This document shows positions 58,641-64,000 of a stretch of DNA of 64,000 bases, piece by piece. Below the pieces are notes generated by a model, which was not told where the DNA came from, ran no database searches, and saw only the letters and a list, made by a program, of their open reading frames with translations. Where the stretch lies: NCBI GenBank assembly GCA_022840285.1, contig JALHIE010000027.1, forward strand, positions 13,080-77,079, in the 5' to 3' direction. Origin of the DNA: Porphyromonadaceae bacterium. Lineage in GTDB: Bacteria > Bacteroidota > Bacteroidia > Bacteroidales > Dysgonomonadaceae. The position numbers were made by a program, and so were the translations under genes. Within the stretch, counting starts at the first letter, position 1; every line of letters starts with the position of its first letter.

Positions 58641-61600
58641 ATGAGAAAAATTTATCGATTTTTGGCCTTATTAACTGGTATAATCTTTTCAGTTGCTTTT
58701 CTCCAGGCACAGGAGATAATGGTTAAAGGTGAAGTGCGCGATAACGAAGGTGAAACTTTACCTGGTGTTTCTGTGGTTGTGAAAGGAACCACACATGGTA
58801 CCGTCACTGATATTGACGGGAATTATGCGTTGGCCGTTACTTCCGGTTCAACACTGATTTTTTCATATGTGGGTTATCAAACATTGGAAGTGAGAGTGAC
58901 AAGCTCACCGGTCATCAATGTTGTTTTAAACACATCGACAGTAGGTCTTGATGAAGTGGTGGTCGTGGGATATGGAACCCAGTCACGCCGTACCATCACG
59001 TCTGCCATTACCAAAGTGGGTGGGGAGGTATTACAAAATGTACCGGTAAACACGGTAGGAGAAGGATTGAAAGGGAAAATTTCCGGAACACGTATTTATT
59101 CAAACAACAATACGCCAGGTGAAGATGCAACCATTCGGATTCGCGGCGGTTCCTCCATCAACAAGAGCAATGAACCACTCATCCTGGTAGATGGAGTTGA
59201 AAGAGCGTTTAGTGGGATAAATCCGAACGATATTGAATCAATAGAAGTTCTTAAAGATGCCTCATCCACAGCTATATACGGTTCAAGAGCTTCCAATGGG
59301 GTTGTTTTGATTACAACGAAAAAAGGATCTGTTGGCAAAGCTCCGAACATCACTTTCGAAGCAAACATGGCATTGCAGGAAGCAGGGACACTCTATAAGT
59401 TCATGAACGCCAGGGATTATCTGAGTATTGTTCGTCCGGCAGTAGCTGCAGGTCCCAATGCAAAGTATAATTCAATGGATGGTTATTCCGCCAGTTCCGG
59501 CAATACAGCTACCTCCATCTATTCTACTCGTTATCTGGGAGAAGGAGAGACTATCCCGGCAGGTTATTATTCCATGCCCGATCCAATTGATCCGACAAAA
59601 ACGCTGATATTTCAGGATAACAACTTTCAGGATGAAATCTACAAGCAGGCAGTTTGGCAAAATTATTATGTCGGACTTGATGGGGGAAATGAAGGGATTC
59701 GTTACAATGTCAGCCTTGGCTATACCGACGACGCCGGTGTTGCCATAGCCACTGGGTTCGACCGATTGAATTTACGCAGTAACATCGATGTAAATATCAA
59801 TAAACATTTGTCACTTGTCGCGGGATTCGACTACTCCAGAGCTAATTCACAGGAGTACCCTAATCAGATGAATGTCATTTCAAGGGGTTTGGCGACACCA
59901 CCCACTCAGAAAAAGTACAATGATGATGGAACCCCCACCAAAGGATACAATGCCACCTCACCCAATCCACTCTGGTATGCCTATTATAATGATCAAAGCC
60001 GAGAAGATAAAAGATTGTCAGCTTTTGGTAAACTTACTTACCGCATTTTTGATGATCTGAAAATTGAATCGCAATTATCAACCTACAACCATCATTACCA
60101 AAGCAACAGCTTTCAGAGAGCCAATGAATTTAACGGACTCCGTCCAGCCAGTTCATCCTTTGGCGAGCTTAAACGAGACAAACTGGAGATCTATGCAACC
60201 TATATTAAGGGGTTAGACGATCATTCATTATCTATAATGGGAGGACACTCTTATCAGAAGGACAGTAACCAATCCCTGGGGGCTTCCGTTGATGGGGCTA
60301 GTTCTGATAAGGTGCCTACACTGACCGCAGGCCCCAATAAGAAGGATGCAACCAGCAATTTTACTCAGGATGTGACGATTGGTTATTTCGGTCGTTTGAC
60401 ATATGATTTTCAAAAAAAATATCTGCTTTCTGCAACATTTCGGGAGGATGCTTCCTCACGTTTTGCAAAAGGAAAACAGTGGGGATTCTTTCCAGGAGCA
60501 TCAGCCGGATGGATTATCTCGGATGAACCCTTTATGCAGGGAATAAAAAATCTTGATAACTTGAAAATCAGAGTTAGTTACGGCCAAACAGGGAACAATG
60601 CAATTGGTCTGTACGATGCGTACGGAAGGTATTCCACCAATGCAAGATATGATGGATTTGCGGGCATTGTAGCTTCTACTATGCCAAATATGGATCTGAC
60701 CTGGGAGACCTCTACGCAACTCGACCTGGGATTCGATCTGTCACTTTTCAAGAATCGATTCACAGTCTCAGCAGATTATTTCGATAAAATCACAGAAAAC
60801 CTACTTTTTAGCAAAGAGTTGCCAAATACCACCGGTTTTTCTTCTGTACAAACAAATATTGGAGAAGTAAAATTTTATGGATTCGACCTGGAGATTGGTT
60901 CGACCAATATTCGTACAAAAGATTTTGAATGGACTTCGAAATTCACCTGGAGTTTTGTAAAAAACAAGGTGCTTAAATTGCCAGATAACGGACGAGACAA
61001 GAATCGTATCGGGGGTATCACCCTAGCCGACGGAACGGCTTTCGGTGGAACTGCTGAAGGTGAGTCGCTTTACCGTTATTATGGATATATGGTAGACTAT
61101 ATCATTGAAACGGAAGAACAAGCCAAAACAGCGATGTATGATAATTCGGCAAAAGGTTATCTCCCTTCAGACGGGAAGAAAATTGCCGGAAGAAAGCATA
61201 TCGGAGACTATGAATGGAAGAACAGGCCAGGTAGTCAGACCCGAAACGATAAAGATTACATTGACAGTCAAGATCAGTTTTTTCTGGGGTACACTGTTCC
61301 ACACTCTACAGGAGGTTTAAATAACAATCTTACATTCAGAAATATATCTCTAAATGTTTTTGTTGATTGGGCATTGGGACACTCAATCAATAACAACTCT
61401 GAAATGCGATATTTTATGAACACCTTTGCCAATAATTACACATTGATTGATAAGGTAAAACAAACATGGAAAGCTCCCGGTGATAAAACAAAATATGCTC
61501 GTTTTACAGCCAATGATCCGGATGACGGAAATGCCAATTTTAGTCGTACATCCAACATCTTCAACTATAAAGGTGATTACCTTTGTATTCGTGAAATTAG

Positions 61601-61805
61601 CCTGCAATACAATGTACCTTCTTCAAAATTAGGTAAACTGGGTATGCAAAATCTGGCCATTACCTTAGCTGGTAATAATCTGCATTATTTCACCGCAGTG
61701 GAAGGCGTTTCACCTGAAGTAGGTGCATCCACCACATATAATGCTGGTTATTACAATTATCCTCCTATTCGTAAATATTCTATCGGAGTAAAAGTTACAT
61801 TCTAA
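58641..61805 (+). CDS. SusC-family TonB-dependent transporter
   Basis: LDEVVVVGYG, DIESIEVLKDASSTAIYGSRASNGVVLIT; C-terminal YSIGVKVTF; start moved to MRKIYRF. Confidence 0.97.
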   Translation: MRKIYRFLALLTGIIFSVAFLQAQEIMVKGEVRDNEGETLPGVSVVVKGTTHGTVTDIDGNYALAVTSGSTLIFSYVGYQTLEVRVTSSPVINVVLNTSTVGLDEVVVVGYGTQSRRTITSAITKVGGEVLQNVPVNTVGEGLKGKISGTRIYSNNNTPGEDATIRIRGGSSINKSNEPLILVDGVERAFSGINPNDIESIEVLKDASSTAIYGSRASNGVVLITTKKGSVGKAPNITFEANMALQEAGTLYKFMNARDYLSIVRPAVAAGPNAKYNSMDGYSASSGNTATSIYSTRYLGEGETIPAGYYSMPDPIDPTKTLIFQDNNFQDEIYKQAVWQNYYVGLDGGNEGIRYNVSLGYTDDAGVAIATGFDRLNLRSNIDVNINKHLSLVAGFDYSRANSQEYPNQMNVISRGLATPPTQKKYNDDGTPTKGYNATSPNPLWYAYYNDQSREDKRLSAFGKLTYRIFDDLKIESQLSTYNHHYQSNSFQRANEFNGLRPASSSFGELKRDKLEIYATYIKGLDDHSLSIMGGHSYQKDSNQSLGASVDGASSDKVPTLTAGPNKKDATSNFTQDVTIGYFGRLTYDFQKKYLLSATFREDASSRFAKGKQWGFFPGASAGWIISDEPFMQGIKNLDNLKIRVSYGQTGNNAIGLYDAYGRYSTNARYDGFAGIVASTMPNMDLTWETSTQLDLGFDLSLFKNRFTVSADYFDKITENLLFSKELPNTTGFSSVQTNIGEVKFYGFDLEIGSTNIRTKDFEWTSKFTWSFVKNKVLKLPDNGRDKNRIGGITLADGTAFGGTAEGESLYRYYGYMVDYIIETEEQAKTAMYDNSAKGYLPSDGKKIAGRKHIGDYEWKNRPGSQTRNDKDYIDSQDQFFLGYTVPHSTGGLNNNLTFRNISLNVFVDWALGHSINNNSEMRYFMNTFANNYTLIDKVKQTWKAPGDKTKYARFTANDPDDGNANFSRTSNIFNYKGDYLCIREISLQYNVPSSKLGKLGMQNLAITLAGNNLHYFTAVEGVSPEVGASTTYNAGYYNYPPIRKYSIGVKVTF

Positions 61806-61819
61806 ATCACACTACAAAA

Positions 61820-63283
61820 ATGAGAATCATGAAAAGTAAAATCATCATATGCTTAATGTCCTTTTTTACGTTATTGACAGCATGTCACGGTGATCTGGAC
61901 ATCGTACAAAAGAGTGAGGTATCTGCCAACTCTATGTGGCAGGATGAAGGAGATGCTACTTCGGCTATATATGGGCTATATAACAGATTCAGATCTACAT
62001 TTGAGCAAGGCTACATGTACTGGGGAGAGTATCGAACAGGATTGTGGGCCGACGGACTTGCTGGTCAGACGGCACGAGATCAGATTTATCAGAATCAGAT
62101 TCCCACCAACCATGGTTATGCCAATTGGACTGATTTATATACGACGATCAATCAGGCTAATCTGATCCTGAAATATACACCAGAAATAGAATTTGTCAGT
62201 GAAGAAACAAAAAATAAGGTATTGGCCAATGCTTATTTCGTGCGTGCATTCTGTTATTACTGGATAGGCCGAATTTGGGGAGATGCTCCGGTATTGCTGG
62301 AAGGTTTTGAGTCAGATAAACAGGAAGGATTGTTCCCCGGTCGCGATGCGGCAGATTTGGTGTTTAAGCAAGTTGGTGATGATATTAATGCTGCGCTTAG
62401 TCATATGCCCGCCTCTGTAACCGACCGTAAATTAGCTTCACAGGCCTCTATAAACATGTTAAAAGCTGATTATAATCTTTGGATGTTTAAGGTACGTAAC
62501 GGAGGCGATGCGGCACTCAACAATGCTGCAACGGCTGTTGCTGCAGTACTGGGAAACGGCAATTACAGCTTAGTAACTGATTATTCTTCCATTTTTAAGA
62601 ATGAAGGGGGACCGGAGGTTATCTTTGCCTGGAGTTATCTTCAGGATGAACACACAAGTGGTGCCACGAATGACTGGCTGGTGCCCTCCCAGTATATTTC
62701 CCCAGAATATATTGAAAATCCTGTGAAAGTGGGAAGTCATCAACAATGGTGTTTTTATACGGCCGATTACAAAGCATTGCTTTCAGAGTATGAAAATGAC
62801 CGACGAACCATTGTAAGTTTCCAGACGTTCTTTGATGATAAGAAAAATGGTACTTTCCAATGGATAAACAAGTATGCTGGATCCTGGGTAAGCGGTACTC
62901 GTATTTTCGATTCGGACGTGATCGTATATCGTTATGCAGATGCTGTACTGTTTGATGCAGAAATTAAAAATGCAAAAAACGACCGTAACGGAGCTGTGAC
63001 TGCTCTCAACAAAATTGCCAAACGTGCCTATGGAGTCGATAGTTTTTATTCGAATACGCTTACAGCTTCCGAAATTGATGCATTAATACTGAAGGAGCGA
63101 ATGAAAGAATTTGCAGCAGAAGGAAAGCTTTGGTGGGATTATATCCGTTTTGATGTAGTTTTTGAAAAAAATTCGTTCCTTGTAGGTCGTGAAAATGAAC
63201 AAAACATCTTGTTGTGGCCTGTAGCACAAGCATCTATCAATCGAAATCCCAATCTCAACCAGACCCCGGGTTATGATAAATAG
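61820..63283 (+). CDS. SusD/RagB-family lipoprotein
   Basis: Lipobox LTAC; AYFVRAFCY, YRYADAVL, ERMKEFAAEGKLWWD, NPNLNQTPGY. Confidence 0.95.
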   Translation: MRIMKSKIIICLMSFFTLLTACHGDLDIVQKSEVSANSMWQDEGDATSAIYGLYNRFRSTFEQGYMYWGEYRTGLWADGLAGQTARDQIYQNQIPTNHGYANWTDLYTTINQANLILKYTPEIEFVSEETKNKVLANAYFVRAFCYYWIGRIWGDAPVLLEGFESDKQEGLFPGRDAADLVFKQVGDDINAALSHMPASVTDRKLASQASINMLKADYNLWMFKVRNGGDAALNNAATAVAAVLGNGNYSLVTDYSSIFKNEGGPEVIFAWSYLQDEHTSGATNDWLVPSQYISPEYIENPVKVGSHQQWCFYTADYKALLSEYENDRRTIVSFQTFFDDKKNGTFQWINKYAGSWVSGTRIFDSDVIVYRYADAVLFDAEIKNAKNDRNGAVTALNKIAKRAYGVDSFYSNTLTASEIDALILKERMKEFAAEGKLWWDYIRFDVVFEKNSFLVGRENEQNILLWPVAQASINRNPNLNQTPGYDK

Positions 63284-63291
63284 AAAATAAT

Positions 63292-63328
63292 AAGAAGGAG
63301 ACTCTCTAATTTCATGAGTCTCCCTCTT
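63292..63328 (+). terminator. Intergenic stem-loop after susD
   Basis: AAGAAGGAGACTC ... GAGTCTCCCTCTT. Confidence 0.6.
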
Positions 63329-63349
63329 ATTTAAAATAACCATAAAAGA

Positions 63350-64000
63350 GTGAATATCAATTCGTCCATCTGTAACCTGAAATTTGGATTGTTCTTTCAT
63401 CTGCTTTTTTTATCATGTAGTAATAGAGATGAAGCAAAAGAACAAATACCCAATGTATTATTTATTGCGATAGATGATATGCTTCCGGTATTAGGTTGCT
63501 ATGGGAACTCAACGGCTCTTACACCCAATATCGACACGCTAGCAAATCAGGGAGTTTTATTTATGAATGCCTACTGTCAGGTGGGACTCAGTAATCCTTC
63601 CAGAGCTTCATTGATGACGGGAATGCGACCGGATGAAATTAAGGTATGGACGCTAAAACCTCATTTTCGTGAAGAAAAACCGAATGTAGTCACATTGCCT
63701 CAGTTCTATAAAGAAAAAGGCTACGCAACACGTGCAGTAGGAAAGATATATCATGATGGGGCATATCATCAGGATCCTATATCATGGTCGAATCCTTCCG
63801 TACTGAGTGTTACGCGTGACGGAAGAGGACATAAGTATGTATTACCTGAAAATTATATGCCCAAAAGGTCAAAAGCAACAACTACGGAGAATGCAAATGT
63901 ACAGGATACGGCATATATTGATGGGAAAGTATGTCAGGCAGCAATTGAATTACTAAATCAACTGACAGATTCAACTTTTTTTCTTGCAGTGGGTTTCAGG
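63350..64000 (+). CDS. Ser-type sulfatase (iduronate-2-sulfatase-like), runs off the window
   Basis: Translated by hand from GTG 63350: PNVLFIAIDDMLP...AYCQVGLSNPSRASLMTGMRPD...GKIYH. Confidence 0.9.
   Translation, partial: MNINSSICNLKFGLFFHLLFLSCSNRDEAKEQIPNVLFIAIDDMLPVLGCYGNSTALTPNIDTLANQGVLFMNAYCQVGLSNPSRASLMTGMRPDEIKVWTLKPHFREEKPNVVTLPQFYKEKGYATRAVGKIYHDGAYHQDPISWSNPSVLSVTRDGRGHKYVLPENYMPKRSKATTTENANVQDTAYIDGKVCQAAIELLNQLTDSTFFLAVGFR

Overview
64 kb from a Bacteroidales chromosome (Dysgonomonadaceae-like, i.e. Petrimonas/Proteiniphilum type; this is an inference from gene content and TAnnTTTG promoters). Left part (1-27.7 kb) is mostly GC-rich core: ettA, tsaD, glnS, a BT2158-BT2157-BT2156-like redox glycoside operon, a fimbrillin-like lipoprotein locus, fba, pntAB, cydAB, rsmG and tRNA-Val(GAC). 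Several of these core genes carry short internal deletions or frameshifts, which may be assembly artefacts. Right of the tRNA (27.8-56.6 kb) is an AT-richer accessory/defence region with no visible integrase. It holds a nested cassette array built on a repeated 45-85 bp site (sialidase, SGNH hydrolase, serine hydrolase, AAA-DUF4143 and a miniature copy of it), an orphan HigA-like antitoxin, an IS4 remnant, and a 1241-aa DSR-like SIR2 protein with a ~95-aa coiled-coil insertion in its catalytic domain. It also holds a complete type 3 BREX operon with an embedded Schlafen/AlbA gene, and integron-like cassettes (an attC-like hairpin, a PIN protein with a 14-aa repeat tail). The window ends in a FadR-regulated PUL (NanA-like lyase, SusC, SusD, Ser-type sulfatase). 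No CRISPR array, rRNA or reverse transcriptase was seen.
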